From: Candidatus Thorarchaeota archaeon
GTDB taxonomy: Archaea > Asgardarchaeota > Thorarchaeia > Thorarchaeales > Thorarchaeaceae
Assembly (NCBI GenBank): GCA_003345545.1
Contig: PRDH01000081.1
Coordinates: forward strand, 32,001 to 96,000
DNA: 64,000 nt
Direction: 5' to 3'
In this document: piece by piece, positions 11,196 through 22,011 of the stretch
How the letters are laid out: each line of letters opens with the position of its first letter
How positions within the stretch are numbered: position 1 is the stretch's first letter
Position numbers and translations under genes: made by a program
The notes under the pieces: generated by a model
The model's database searches: none
What the model saw: the letters and a program-made list of their open reading frames with translations, nothing else
What the model was told of the DNA's origin: nothing

Positions 11196-11212
11196 GTGTT
11201 GATGCGCCTCAA

Positions 11213-11563
11213 CTATTCGCCTACATAGAGAACCCCTGAAGCACCCTCTTCAGGCTTGATCATGGCATGTTTTCCATTGAGCCCTTCTGGGTCCTCTATC
11301 TTCACCCCCATCAGTGCCGGTATCTCAAACTCACGAGTGACAATGGCTAGGTGTGATCCCAATGCCCCAGACCTGCACACAACGCCTGCCAATCTTGAGA
11401 GAACTGGCGCAAGGAAAGTGGTGCCTGCATCATCTACGAGTACTATCTTTCCATCGGGCCCTTCTTTCAAAAGCTTGACCACTTCCTGAACAGAGGTAAT
11501 GTACCTGAGTTCACCCTCTGCACTCAGTTTCAATGAGATAAGTCCATCTCCAACTCGTTTCAA
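11213..11563 (-). CDS. Stand-alone PEP-utilising phosphohistidine swivel domain
   Basis: SHLAIVTREFEIP motif. Confidence 0.88.
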   Translation of the reverse strand: MKRVGDGLISLKLSAEGELRYITSVQEVVKLLKEGPDGKIVLVDDAGTTFLAPVLSRLAGVVCRSGALGSHLAIVTREFEIPALMGVKIEDPEGLNGKHAMIKPEEGASGVLYVGE

Positions 11564-11676
11564 CAGAAATCGGCCACCCGGGGCTTTCTTTGTTTAGGAA
11601 TATCCGAATTATAAGACTGCTTATGCTTTCGAACAACTTAATACTGACAGTGACTGCGGCATCATTTCAATGAGCA

Positions 11677-12858
11677 TTGCTCTCTGTGGAGATGAATGCA
11701 TTGGAAACCAGCGAGATTAACCAACAACTAACTCACCTGTCTCAAGTCTTCTCTGATATTCTTGCGGAACGTGGTCTTCTCGAGTCAAAGCTCTTCCCTG
11801 TGAACGAGTACATCTGTGTGAGTTTCTACCAGACGTATGAACATCTCTTTGATGTGATGACTCAGGTGTGGAAGAAGATTACTCCTGAGGTGCTTGCCAA
11901 GAAGAGCAAGACGCTTCTCTCAGAGATTCAGGCACTGTCAATCACCTACCTCTGGCTTTACTATGGTCTGGCACGGATGGGTGTGATTTTCAACAAATGT
12001 AATAGTGACCCCTCAAAAGAACCCACTGAGCGTCAGGAACAGTGGAAATGGATGCTTGAGCAGTGGTACAGACTAGGCACGAACTACTTCAACACAGGCA
12101 AGCCCACGGTTGCATCATCGGGAGGGGTGAACCTTGCCCTTCGCAATGACAGTATCAGCTGGTTGAAAGACCATCTAGAACCCGTGAGTGAGGAACAAGT
12201 ACGCAAGATTCGTCGTCAGATTGGTGCGGTCGATCTCTATGCCTTCATGGATGAGTGCGAGGCTAGAGCAAAGATCATTGATCACGGTCCGTACCCCGTT
12301 GGGCACAACGAGGTCCTCATCATCTCAGAGTATACTCATCTTCATGATGGAAAAGAGGCACTATGGCTACCTTGGTCTGACACAGAATCGAAACTTCCAT
12401 CCGCATCGCTTGGCATCGCTATGACCATGCGTGACTGTACGACCTTCTTCAATGACGTCGGTACTGCGACCGTTCAGCCTGGTGACTACTCCAAGCTGGT
12501 TACTAATGCTTGTGCATACACAAAACATGGCTCCAAGATTGTGGCACTAGGCTTGGATGAGCTCTCAGCATTTGCTGAGGCAGCTGATGCTGCTCAGACA
12601 GAGCTATACCTGAAGTTTGCAGAATGGGACAAGAAGACACTCATGATTGCGGGAGCTGAAGCATACTGGAGGTGCTATGCTCGCTATACAAATCAGGTTG
12701 GAATCACTAGTAAGATAGACTGGAAGATATCTCAGGCCGTCATAGACGAACATGTGCCGTTCTTCATGGATAATGATGCGGACCCAGCTTTCATGCGATT
12801 TGGCCGATTCGATGATGAAATGGAGGCAGACCCAACTCTCTACTTGCTTCCCGAGTAG
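11677..12858 (+). CDS. Hypothetical protein
   Basis: 393-aa ORF, divergent from the PEP-utiliser genes. Confidence 0.75.
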   Translation: MLSVEMNALETSEINQQLTHLSQVFSDILAERGLLESKLFPVNEYICVSFYQTYEHLFDVMTQVWKKITPEVLAKKSKTLLSEIQALSITYLWLYYGLARMGVIFNKCNSDPSKEPTERQEQWKWMLEQWYRLGTNYFNTGKPTVASSGGVNLALRNDSISWLKDHLEPVSEEQVRKIRRQIGAVDLYAFMDECEARAKIIDHGPYPVGHNEVLIISEYTHLHDGKEALWLPWSDTESKLPSASLGIAMTMRDCTTFFNDVGTATVQPGDYSKLVTNACAYTKHGSKIVALGLDELSAFAEAADAAQTELYLKFAEWDKKTLMIAGAEAYWRCYARYTNQVGITSKIDWKISQAVIDEHVPFFMDNDADPAFMRFGRFDDEMEADPTLYLLPE

Positions 12859-12870
12859 GAGTGAACGCAG

Positions 12871-13767
12871 TTGAGAAGACACCGTTTCACACAGAGCGAC
12901 GAATATGCGCATGAGGCAGATGAGCGCCCTGATTGGCGTGAGAGCTACTACTTCAACTGGGTCGATCTTGATGCACGGATATCTGGCTTCTCTACTATCG
13001 GCCTTCTTCCGAACACCAACAAGCGTGAGTTTGTGTGTGCACTCTTCTATGATGATGAGCGTGAGGTCCATTTCAATGAGCCACTCAGCTCAATCTCTGA
13101 TGACCTATCAGAGTCGTTGACCGATGGCGTACTATCGTACAACTTGGTCAAACCGATGAAGGAGTGGAGAATCACTTACAGAGGCAAGAGTCTCAATGCA
13201 GACATCATCTGGTCTGCTCGATTCCCACCTTATGACTTTGGCAGTGGAAGTGGGACATCCTGGGCCGGCCATTTCGAGCAATCTGGTGTGCCCCATGGTA
13301 CAGTCAAGTTCTCAGATGGGACTGCTGTGACGATACAGGGGTACGGCGAGCGTGACAAGAGCTGGGGCTCTCGAGACTGGCACATTGAGAGCTGGTTTGC
13401 TCTGCATGCACAGTTTGATGATATGTCAATAGGACTTCGACGTGACGTGGTCAAGGGTGAAGAGCATCCCTCTGGCGGAATCAGCAATATCGATGGCAAC
13501 GTTCCTATCAAGAGCGTGAAACTGGTGACAGAGACACACAAGGAGTCTGGAATACCCATCGGAGCGAAGGTCCGGATCATAGGCAGGGATGATGCTGTCT
13601 ACAATCTCAAGTCCCATCTGATTAGCCCCAAGAGTTTCGCGCGATTCGCTCGAGAGTTTCCGGGTGGCACCACCGAGCTCTACGAGGGGATGGCAGTCCA
13701 TGAGTGCAAGGAACTGGGTACCACTGGCACAGGATTACTTGAGTGGTTGTTCACTCATCCCAAGTAG
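12871..13767 (+). CDS. Hypothetical protein, CrtC/tocopherol-cyclase-like beta-barrel fold
   Basis: WRESYYFNW, HFEQSG and GERDKSWGSRDW motifs. Confidence 0.65.
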   Translation: MRRHRFTQSDEYAHEADERPDWRESYYFNWVDLDARISGFSTIGLLPNTNKREFVCALFYDDEREVHFNEPLSSISDDLSESLTDGVLSYNLVKPMKEWRITYRGKSLNADIIWSARFPPYDFGSGSGTSWAGHFEQSGVPHGTVKFSDGTAVTIQGYGERDKSWGSRDWHIESWFALHAQFDDMSIGLRRDVVKGEEHPSGGISNIDGNVPIKSVKLVTETHKESGIPIGAKVRIIGRDDAVYNLKSHLISPKSFARFAREFPGGTTELYEGMAVHECKELGTTGTGLLEWLFTHPK

Positions 13768-13829
13768 TGACCCCTGTAGGCAATCCAGCAGCGATCTCAC
13801 CCCAGTTTGTTGTGACTCATCATAGTCTA

Positions 13830-15539
13830 TCATCTGAATGACAGTATTGATGCCAGTAACCATGCACATATCATTGCGTTGACCATCGCGCCAAGCCATC
13901 TGTTTCCTGTCAGACGGTATCCAAACATAGTGATCAGGGTGCATACTGCGAACCATGGTGTAAAGGCATAGAAGAACAACCACGAGTACCCAATCATACC
14001 TGGAATGACCGGCGCACCCGCAATCAGACCACCAAGAAACTCGATAGCGATCAGAGCGAGATATGGAATGCACTTGATGAAGACTGCTGTTACAGACCAC
14101 TCGAGCTGCACTCTTGCCCAGCTCCCCGTACTCTTTGGCAACATGATACTCGTGAACCAAGTTCCTTCTACGACGGAGTACACAAGAAATACAACAAAGT
14201 ATAGGGGTACTAGAATCGCTTGCAGCAATGTGAGGTCATGAAGCCCGGGCAGGAAACATCTCAGGTCCAATACGAAACCGAGATCGACCATCAAGGTCAG
14301 GGCGTATAGCCAGACAAAGACGATAGCTGTCAAGAGGACAAGTCTGACGATATCCGGAAGGCCTCTCTCAGTCCCTACTGATACCAATTTGCGAAGGCTG
14401 AGCTGTGGATTGCCTCGGCGTCTTAGCAGCAATGTAAGTGCCCCAGCCGCAATCAGCCCGCTCCCCAACATCCATGACATCACTGGCAGTCCATTGTATT
14501 GTGGGAAGGGAATGACTAATTGCAGTACTGTTCCAAGAATCAAGAAAGGAAAGAATGTTGCAACCCCGATTGCGCCGTAAAGTGTCCCATATGCCAGAAT
14601 GGATCCTGTGCTCTGTGCTTTCTCCTGAGGTAGAGTTCTACGCAGGTCCGAGAAAAATGGCAGGCTCAGTAGTATTGCCAGCAGAGGGAAGATTGTGAGT
14701 ATGGCACCAAGCAGTCCGAATAGGCCACCGATCAACCACGCTGAAAACAGAAGAATCGAACTGTCTATCCAGTGTTCGTCTTCAACGCCTCCCTTTAGGC
14801 TCATCCTCATCCAGTCAACACTCTCGCTCACGATGGTGGGGTCTATGGTTTCAAAGAGGTGATTGGTCGGAGGGAAAACAGCTCTCCTTGCTGTATTATT
14901 TGCGAAGTCACCATATGTGATACCAGGTACAACCCCAGTCACATTGAAGTATGGGTCAAGTTTAGTATGATTGCCGGGATAGCTCGAGAGTGAGTCAAAG
15001 CTACCGACTGCTACAAGCGTATTTGGTATGTAAACTGCAGTTGGGCTGAAGCCTGATCCAACAAGAACCAATGCACGCACATACACGCTTGAGCCTGCTA
15101 TGGCAGTCCACGCGATACCGCCTCCCATGCTGTGACCAATCAATCCAATCTCTGTGTTGTCGACATAGTCCAGTGAAGCGATATAGTCAAGTGCTGCAGG
15201 TCCACTTCCTGTACCTGGGTCAGAGTTGCCATGACCGTTGGCATCAATCGTGAGCACGACAAAGCCTCGTCGTGCGAGTTCAATGCCAAACGCCATCAGC
15301 CACTCCTTGTTCTGCAATGAGCCATGAATCACGACTACGCCCGGGAGAGGATTAGCGCTGGTGCCGTATATTGGACGTTGTAGTGTACTGTGAATTGTAG
15401 AGCCGTCCGCAGCCTGAAAATCGACTTCGGTGACACTCACAGTCCCATGACCGCTCTGGGTATATGCCGCCACACTGACCCCTGCTGACAGCATTATGAG
15501 ACCAAGGATCAGTACTAGGTATCTCCTTCTGATTGCCAT
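13830..15539 (-). CDS. Alpha/beta hydrolase with multi-pass membrane C-terminus
   Basis: GHSMGG nucleophile elbow, N-terminal signal, several TM helices. Confidence 0.85.
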   Translation of the reverse strand: MAIRRRYLVLILGLIMLSAGVSVAAYTQSGHGTVSVTEVDFQAADGSTIHSTLQRPIYGTSANPLPGVVVIHGSLQNKEWLMAFGIELARRGFVVLTIDANGHGNSDPGTGSGPAALDYIASLDYVDNTEIGLIGHSMGGGIAWTAIAGSSVYVRALVLVGSGFSPTAVYIPNTLVAVGSFDSLSSYPGNHTKLDPYFNVTGVVPGITYGDFANNTARRAVFPPTNHLFETIDPTIVSESVDWMRMSLKGGVEDEHWIDSSILLFSAWLIGGLFGLLGAILTIFPLLAILLSLPFFSDLRRTLPQEKAQSTGSILAYGTLYGAIGVATFFPFLILGTVLQLVIPFPQYNGLPVMSWMLGSGLIAAGALTLLLRRRGNPQLSLRKLVSVGTERGLPDIVRLVLLTAIVFVWLYALTLMVDLGFVLDLRCFLPGLHDLTLLQAILVPLYFVVFLVYSVVEGTWFTSIMLPKSTGSWARVQLEWSVTAVFIKCIPYLALIAIEFLGGLIAGAPVIPGMIGYSWLFFYAFTPWFAVCTLITMFGYRLTGNRWLGAMVNAMICAWLLASILSFR

Positions 15540-15632
15540 CGACGAGAGAACTCCTGAGATTTGTGAGTCCGATGTAACGACTCCGGTCTTTTATTTACCC
15601 CGATACTTGATAGTATTCATATAAATCACAGA

Positions 15633-16283
15633 ATGACAACTCCCAGTACCATGCCTACCTGGGATAGTATCTTCAGAGAACAAGGGTACTTGTTTGTTGA
15701 TCCTCACCCAGATATGGCAAGGATTGCTGTTCTCTTCAAGGAACATGGTGTCAAGAGAGTCCTTGACCTAGGTTGTGGCACTGGCCGACATCTTGTGTAT
15801 CTATCAAGACTGGACTTTCAGATGGATGGCCTTGATTCTTCCTCACATGCTCTTGCACTCTCCAATAGATGGTTGGATGAAGAGGGTCTTTCTGCAAGCC
15901 TGAGAGAGCATCTGATAGAACGGCCATTTCCTTACCCAGACGGAATGTTCGACGCTCTGATTTCGATACAAGTGATTCATCACAATCTGCTCAAGGACAT
16001 TGTCTTCACAGTTTCTGAGATCGAACGTGTTCTGAAACCTGGCGCTTTCGTCTTCATCACTGTTCCCACACTAGGGCTGAAGCGGGAGAATCATGAGGAG
16101 GACTGGCAGCTTCGTCAAGTCGAGGATGGAACCTACATTCCAATGGGAGGCCGTGAGAGTGGTATACCTCATCACTACTTCACCGAGAATGAACTACGTG
16201 AAGTGTTCGGCAGTTTTGAAATTCTTGAGATCTTTCTGGACAGTACTGGCCACAGGTGTCTCTTGGGTTCTAAGAGAGTGTAG
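15633..16283 (+). CDS. Class I SAM-dependent methyltransferase
   Basis: VLDLGCGTGRH motif. Confidence 0.9.
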   Translation: MTTPSTMPTWDSIFREQGYLFVDPHPDMARIAVLFKEHGVKRVLDLGCGTGRHLVYLSRLDFQMDGLDSSSHALALSNRWLDEEGLSASLREHLIERPFPYPDGMFDALISIQVIHHNLLKDIVFTVSEIERVLKPGAFVFITVPTLGLKRENHEEDWQLRQVEDGTYIPMGGRESGIPHHYFTENELREVFGSFEILEIFLDSTGHRCLLGSKRV

Positions 16284-16293
16284 GCGCTGATGG

Positions 16294-17574
16294 TCACTCT
16301 AGCCCGAACACGGGGAATATGAGTTCCTTCACCTTATTGATGGCATCATCAACAGCACGCTTGACCTTGGGATAGTGCTTCTCGTCCATCCTACTTGGCC
16401 TGTCAGTCCAGCCATCCCGCCCCATCTTGAGGCCATACTTCTCAATCAGCACTAGCCATTTGTTCGGCAGTACTGGCGGCAGTGCCATATCTGCAAGACC
16501 TGCAAGCACTATTGTCCATACCTTCGCTGTTGTTACAGGGTTGTAGCCTCCACCCCCTACAGCAACAAGCTTTCTTTCTCCCTCATGTACAAGCTGTCGG
16601 ACTGTCATAGTCAGGCGATGGTATGTATCAAAGGTGAGCATTAGGTCTGCTAAGGGATCGCCAAAATGTGCATCCGCTCCGACGTTCCAGAACACAAGGT
16701 CTGGTTTGTAGACCTGCCAGATGGGAACAATGGCATCTTCGAAGGCCCTCCAGTACTCAACATCATCGGTCAGTGGTGGAAGGGGGACATTGACGGAGTA
16801 GCCTTTTCCTTCACCTATCCCCATTTCTTCTGGTTTTCCAGTTCCAGGGAAGAATCCCATGCTCTTCTCGTGAAGTGATATGGTGAGAACATCCGGGTCG
16901 GCATAGAACGCTTTCTGTGTACCATCACCATGATGAACATCCGTGTCGAGATACAGAACCTTCTTGCCCGGATTCACTTCTTTGTATTTCTTGATGGCAA
17001 CTACCGTGTCATTGAGGTAACAGAATCCTGCAGCTTGGCTCTCCATAGCATGATGGAAACCGCCAACAAACGACATCGCATTTTTGAACTTCCCCTTGGC
17101 AACACCTATTGTGGCATCAATCACTCCCCCTACTGGTAGACGTGCGTACCTATGAACCCCCGGAAAAACAGGGCAATCATCAGTATCAAGACCAAATCGG
17201 GCAGAGAATGCTGACCCTGTGTTCCCAAAGAGATCAAGCGTTTCTACAAAGGATGGATCGTGGAAGGTCAGCAATTCCTCCTTGGTCGCCTCCCTCATTT
17301 GCTGGAGAGAGATCTTCGAACTCTCGGTCATTCCTGCCATCACTGGAAGACTCCACGTGACATCAAGACGTGCTCTATTCCAGAAGGGATTGACTACTGC
17401 CTTCATCCTCTCCAGCTCATCGATACCATCTAGAGCTAAGAGGCTCTCAGGACTATAGAGGGCTGTGCGTTCAGTCACTTGGTTCCCACCGCATGCAAAT
17501 AGGTACTGCCTTTCTCCAACATGAAGTCTACTTATGTGTGATGGCATATCACTCTTCGAAAGCCTCATTATCAT
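16294..17574 (-). CDS. acuC: Zn-dependent deacetylase, AcuC/HDAC family
   Basis: GGFHHA, GFCYLND, DTDVHHGDG and GGGGY motifs. Confidence 0.88.
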   Translation of the reverse strand: MIMRLSKSDMPSHISRLHVGERQYLFACGGNQVTERTALYSPESLLALDGIDELERMKAVVNPFWNRARLDVTWSLPVMAGMTESSKISLQQMREATKEELLTFHDPSFVETLDLFGNTGSAFSARFGLDTDDCPVFPGVHRYARLPVGGVIDATIGVAKGKFKNAMSFVGGFHHAMESQAAGFCYLNDTVVAIKKYKEVNPGKKVLYLDTDVHHGDGTQKAFYADPDVLTISLHEKSMGFFPGTGKPEEMGIGEGKGYSVNVPLPPLTDDVEYWRAFEDAIVPIWQVYKPDLVFWNVGADAHFGDPLADLMLTFDTYHRLTMTVRQLVHEGERKLVAVGGGGYNPVTTAKVWTIVLAGLADMALPPVLPNKWLVLIEKYGLKMGRDGWTDRPSRMDEKHYPKVKRAVDDAINKVKELIFPVFGLE

Positions 17575-17596
17575 GAATGGAGATTGAAGATGTGTT

Positions 17597-18610
17597 ATGT
17601 CGAAGTATGAACTTCTGAAGGAAACATTTCTTGGAAACCTTGGGGAGCAGATACCTGTTTCCCTATGGAAGCATCACCCCGACCTGGATCGTACCCCTGA
17701 GGGACTGGCAAATGCTGAGATTGAGTTTCACAGAAAGTTTGACCATGATCTCCTCAAAGTATCCTTCTTTGGTCACTATCCATGCATTGACTTTGGATGT
17801 ACTGCAGAATACGATGGTGCCAGCACTGGGTCTACTACATTGACTTCTTATCCCATTAAGGACTCAGCTGGCTGGGAGGTCCTTGAGCCAGTCGATGTGA
17901 ATGCCGGTGAATTCGGCAACCAGGTTAGGGCAGTAGAACTGATTCAGAGGTATGCACACGGGAAAGTCCCAACTATGGCCACCCTCTTCGATCCTGCCAT
18001 GGTTGCTGATAGACTGTGTGGTCAGAATCTAGTCAAGTATGCGGATGAGGTCCCTGTCATCCTGAAGAGAGCTCTTGATCTGATCTGTGACGTGATGATT
18101 GATTTTGCACGAGCTACGCTTGAATCAGGGGCTGATGGACTGTTCATCGCCAGCCAGCACTCGACTCTTTCATCAATTTCAGATAAACACTATAATACCT
18201 TCATCTATCCCTATCATCTGAGGATGGTTTCCAAGCTGCGTAGCAAGGCCAAGTTCATCATCATGCATCTCCATACGAGAGAGGAGAGAGAAGAGATTCG
18301 ATTCAACAGAATCGCTGAAACTCCCGGGGTTGTTGGCATCAACTGGGAGGATCGGAGTTCTTCGCTGTCACTCAGAGAAGGCAAGAGAAGATCACGAAAG
18401 ACTGTGCTGGGCGGTATCGACCATAATGGCGTATTGAGGACCGGGACGCCCCATGAGGCCGAGAAACAGGTCTTGAATGCAGTGGATGAGGCTGGGTTCG
18501 AACACCTCATTGTGGCTCCAGGCTGCGTAATCACTGTCGATACACCGCCTGAAAACGTACTAGCTGTCAGGGATGCAATACGGTCCATCGACCCATTCAG
18601 AGGCAAATAG
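17597..18610 (+). CDS. Uroporphyrinogen decarboxylase / MtaA-like family protein
   Basis: GADGLF, LGGID and IVAPGC motifs. Confidence 0.8.
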   Translation: MSKYELLKETFLGNLGEQIPVSLWKHHPDLDRTPEGLANAEIEFHRKFDHDLLKVSFFGHYPCIDFGCTAEYDGASTGSTTLTSYPIKDSAGWEVLEPVDVNAGEFGNQVRAVELIQRYAHGKVPTMATLFDPAMVADRLCGQNLVKYADEVPVILKRALDLICDVMIDFARATLESGADGLFIASQHSTLSSISDKHYNTFIYPYHLRMVSKLRSKAKFIIMHLHTREEREEIRFNRIAETPGVVGINWEDRSSSLSLREGKRRSRKTVLGGIDHNGVLRTGTPHEAEKQVLNAVDEAGFEHLIVAPGCVITVDTPPENVLAVRDAIRSIDPFRGK

Positions 18611-18620
18611 GAGGAAGAGA

Positions 18621-20339
18621 TTGTTGACAAGAAACGCTGAGGTTGCACGAGTCCTGAAGGAAATAGGCCTGCTTCTAGAGTTCGAGGGAAAGGAACCCTT
18701 CAAGGTCAAGGCATACCAGCGAGCTGTCAGATCCATCGCAGCTCTTGGTGAAGATGTTGCTGTACTAGCAGAACGTCGAGAGCTCACCAGTATTGCAGGC
18801 ATTGGTAAAGGTCTTGCTGAAGTCATCACGAGCTATCTCGAAACCGGGCATGTTGCGGTTCTCGATGAATTGAGAACACGTGTTCCAATAAGAATCATGG
18901 AGCTCGATGCTATTCCGGGCGTTGGCATCAAGACAATCAAGTTGGTCTATGAGAGGCTAGGAGTCACTAATCTGGACTCACTCGAGAAAGCCGCCAACGA
19001 GAACAAGCTATCACAGCTGCCTGGTCTTGGAGCGAAGACACAAGAACAGATCATTGAGGGGATTCAAGTCGCGCGAGGTGGTCTGAGCAGGACCCTTCTA
19101 GCTGATGCGCTGTCAATCGCCAGTGACGTGGAGAAACAACTTCGCAGGTTACCCGTGGTTCGCCAGTTCGTCATTGCAGGTTCCATGCGTAGGAGAAAGG
19201 AAACGATTGGTGACATTGACATACTTGTCGAAGCGACTGATTCAAAGCTAGTGATGGACACATTTGTAACCCTTAAGGAGGTGTCAAGTATCTCTGCCCA
19301 TGGTGAGACCAAATCCTCAGTACGGCTCTCAGGTGGAATTCAGGTGGACCTCCGAGTGCTGCCTGCTGACAGCTTTGGTGCTGGTCTTCAATACTTCACT
19401 GGCAGTATCGACCACAATGTGAAACTACGTGCCATTGCACAGAAGAAGGGGCACAGACTGAACGAGTACGGTCTCTTTAGAGGGGAAGAGAAGATTGCTG
19501 GAAAAGACGAGTCTGGCATATACCGCAGCTTGGGAATGGACACAATCCCACCAGAGCTCAGAGAAGACTGGGGTGAGATAGAGGCAGCTCAGAACGGGAC
19601 TCTACCTACGCTCATCGAGTTGAAGGATATACGTGGCGACCTTCACAGCCACACTGATCAGTCTGATGGAAAGAATACCATTGATGAGATGCTGGATGCG
19701 GCCCAAGCAAAGAGGTACGAATACTATTGCGTATCGGACCACACGCAGAGCCTCACGATTGCCAATGGAATGGATGAGGACCGATTGTTGAGGCGCATTG
19801 ATGAGATTGATGAACTGAATGCCTCTGGTCGCTGGAAGATGAAGATTCTCAAGGGTGCAGAGGTGGATATCTTGTCTGATGGTTCATTAGACATCAAGGA
19901 TGAGGTCCTGTCTCAACTCGACATTGTCACAGCGTCAATCCACAGTAGAATGAAGGATGACCGGAAGACCATGACTGAACGTGTCTGCCGAGCTCTTGAG
20001 AGCAAATATGTGCATATCCTCGGTCACCCTACTGGTCGCATGCTTTTGAAGAGAACAGAGTTTGAGATTGACCTTGAGGCAGTATTTGAGTCCGCTAAGA
20101 AGAACAATATTGTGATGGAGTTGAATGCACACCCAGAGCGTCTCGATCTCAATGCCAGCAATTTGCGGGCTGCAACCAAGGTGGGCCTGCGCATTGCAGT
20201 TAACACTGACGCTCACTGGACAACAGAACTCGACCATATGCAATTCGGGGTCTACCAAGCACGGCGTGGCTGGCTGTCAAGAGACGATGTCATCAATACC
20301 TATCCCCTGAAGAAGATGATGAGCACAATCAGAAAGTAA
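18621..20339 (+). CDS. polX: DNA polymerase X with PHP domain
   Basis: AGSMRR, GDIDIL, YFTGS, GDLHSHT and NTDAH motifs; TTG start after gaggaaga inferred. Confidence 0.95.
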   Translation: MLTRNAEVARVLKEIGLLLEFEGKEPFKVKAYQRAVRSIAALGEDVAVLAERRELTSIAGIGKGLAEVITSYLETGHVAVLDELRTRVPIRIMELDAIPGVGIKTIKLVYERLGVTNLDSLEKAANENKLSQLPGLGAKTQEQIIEGIQVARGGLSRTLLADALSIASDVEKQLRRLPVVRQFVIAGSMRRRKETIGDIDILVEATDSKLVMDTFVTLKEVSSISAHGETKSSVRLSGGIQVDLRVLPADSFGAGLQYFTGSIDHNVKLRAIAQKKGHRLNEYGLFRGEEKIAGKDESGIYRSLGMDTIPPELREDWGEIEAAQNGTLPTLIELKDIRGDLHSHTDQSDGKNTIDEMLDAAQAKRYEYYCVSDHTQSLTIANGMDEDRLLRRIDEIDELNASGRWKMKILKGAEVDILSDGSLDIKDEVLSQLDIVTASIHSRMKDDRKTMTERVCRALESKYVHILGHPTGRMLLKRTEFEIDLEAVFESAKKNNIVMELNAHPERLDLNASNLRAATKVGLRIAVNTDAHWTTELDHMQFGVYQARRGWLSRDDVINTYPLKKMMSTIRK

Positions 20340-20419
20340 GAATCAAGAGAGATTGGTCGGATTCAATAACTCTTGTTCAATAATCGACAGTATCTATCAT
20401 AGTTCCTGTAATACCGCCT

Positions 20420-21334
20420 CTATGAGATCATTTCAATGAAATTGTATTGCTTGAGAGATATCAAGCACTCGACAGTTATCTTTCCTGCCCATTCCTTTTT
20501 TGCATGTGACCAGCTATCCATGTATTGACCCCACTCCCATGTTGGCCACCAACCCCCATCATCGGATTGTTTCTGTATCTGGGAGGCGATTAGCCCAGTC
20601 ACTCTGTCGGGGTAAAGTCGGTACAAGAGTGATTGAGGATCTGGAGCTATCACAAAGACCCGGACCTCTCGTAATACTTGTTCAATCGTCGGCATAATCT
20701 TTCGCAGAGTTCTTTCAATCTTATCAGTAGCCTTCCTTCTCAAGGCATCAGGAAGGTATGAATATGCACGATTCCAACATACGATATCGTAAATCAGACC
20801 TTCAATATATGTTGAACTCTCAAGATTGAGAAGGGCACGCCGATTTACAGCGATTAGAACGTCCTTCGGAACATGTATTGCGTACTTGTTCATATAGCCC
20901 ACAAGCTCTGCATTTGGATTCGGCCATCCTGCCTCTGATGGCGAAATGACGCTCTCTACATGCCACCAAGGTGCATGTGGCTCTTCATTTACATTCATAA
21001 ATGTGGGCGGCCAATATCCGCCATCTGATTGATATGTAGATACAAGATACTTCATCGCCGATTCAATGATTGGGTCAGCAGAGTCTAATTCAATTTGAGT
21101 GCAGTACTGTAATCCTACTGATGTTGCCATTGGAGAAGATGCTTTGAGTCGAAAATCGGGGTCTATCGCATTACCAAATCCTCCGTCTGGATTTTGGTAC
21201 TTTACTAAGGCCTTACGTACTTCCTTCTCTGATTCGTTTCCAAATTGAGATTCAATCAGTTTCCTATCCAGTTCTCTTGCATTGTTCTTGACAAACTCAA
21301 ATGCTTGCAAGAATTCTTCACGTTTGAGTAACAT
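20420..21334 (-). CDS. Hypothetical protein with prenyltransferase/squalene-oxidase-like repeats
   Basis: YQNPDGGFG and QSDDGGWW repeats. Confidence 0.7.
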   Translation of the reverse strand: MLLKREEFLQAFEFVKNNARELDRKLIESQFGNESEKEVRKALVKYQNPDGGFGNAIDPDFRLKASSPMATSVGLQYCTQIELDSADPIIESAMKYLVSTYQSDGGYWPPTFMNVNEEPHAPWWHVESVISPSEAGWPNPNAELVGYMNKYAIHVPKDVLIAVNRRALLNLESSTYIEGLIYDIVCWNRAYSYLPDALRRKATDKIERTLRKIMPTIEQVLREVRVFVIAPDPQSLLYRLYPDRVTGLIASQIQKQSDDGGWWPTWEWGQYMDSWSHAKKEWAGKITVECLISLKQYNFIEMIS

Positions 21335-21497
21335 TTCAGATCATCGATGAGTTGTTTTATTCTCGATGGCACAACTGACCTGCTGCAGTCTCTCGCCTTA
21401 ATCAGTATTGTTTAGTGTATACCTTACTGCATTGCAGGGAGTTCAATATTCAGAATAATATGCAATCCGCCTACCTTTGATATTCTTGAAGAAGGAA

Positions 21498-21649
21498 TGG
21501 TGCCGAGAATGGGATTTTCGGATCAGATGCAAACCATCTAATCCTTCGAACCCATGAACCCCTACGAGAGTGGATTTCTCCTGGGAGTCAAGCCGGCAGC
21601 TTGAACGATCTTGAGCCCACCGCCTTTAACCGGGCTTGGCTATCTCGGC
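21498..21649 (-). tRNA. tRNA-Leu(CAA) with two introns: 37/38 (21576-21609, 34 nt) and T-loop 59/60 (21515-21544, 30 nt); CCA encoded
   Basis: Acceptor GCCGAGA/TCTCGGC, long variable arm; cloverleaf is restored after removing both introns. Confidence 0.92.
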
Positions 21650-21898
21650 TTGGACTCCCAGAAATCCAATCAGTATATAGTCATTTTGGACAGACGCACA
21701 GCGATGATGGAACCATCCTTGCTAATCTGTGCAAATAAGGAAAAGGAGCGCCACTTTGGACACGATGAACCGTTCGAGAGCGAGTAATCGATTTTGATGT
21801 TATACTAATAGAGATGAGATTCACATTGAGGATGGCGAAGAAAGGACTGCCTCCAATATGACGAATAAAGAGCCCACCAACGACCGATGACTGGTTCA

Positions 21899-21944
21899 AA
21901 AATGAAGAGGGTGGCTCAAAACAAACAGCAAGGGTAAGTTCCCT
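21899..21944 (-). repeat. Short diverged copy of the 16S 3' trailer repeat, inverted relative to the 16S gene
   Basis: Reverse complement reads agggaacttacccttgctgtttgttttgagccaccctcttcatt. Confidence 0.8.
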
Positions 21945-22011
21945 GATATGATTTTTGAGAATTGGAAATCATACACTCTATGGTGCCGGTAATCGTCTGG
22001 ATGGATAGACC

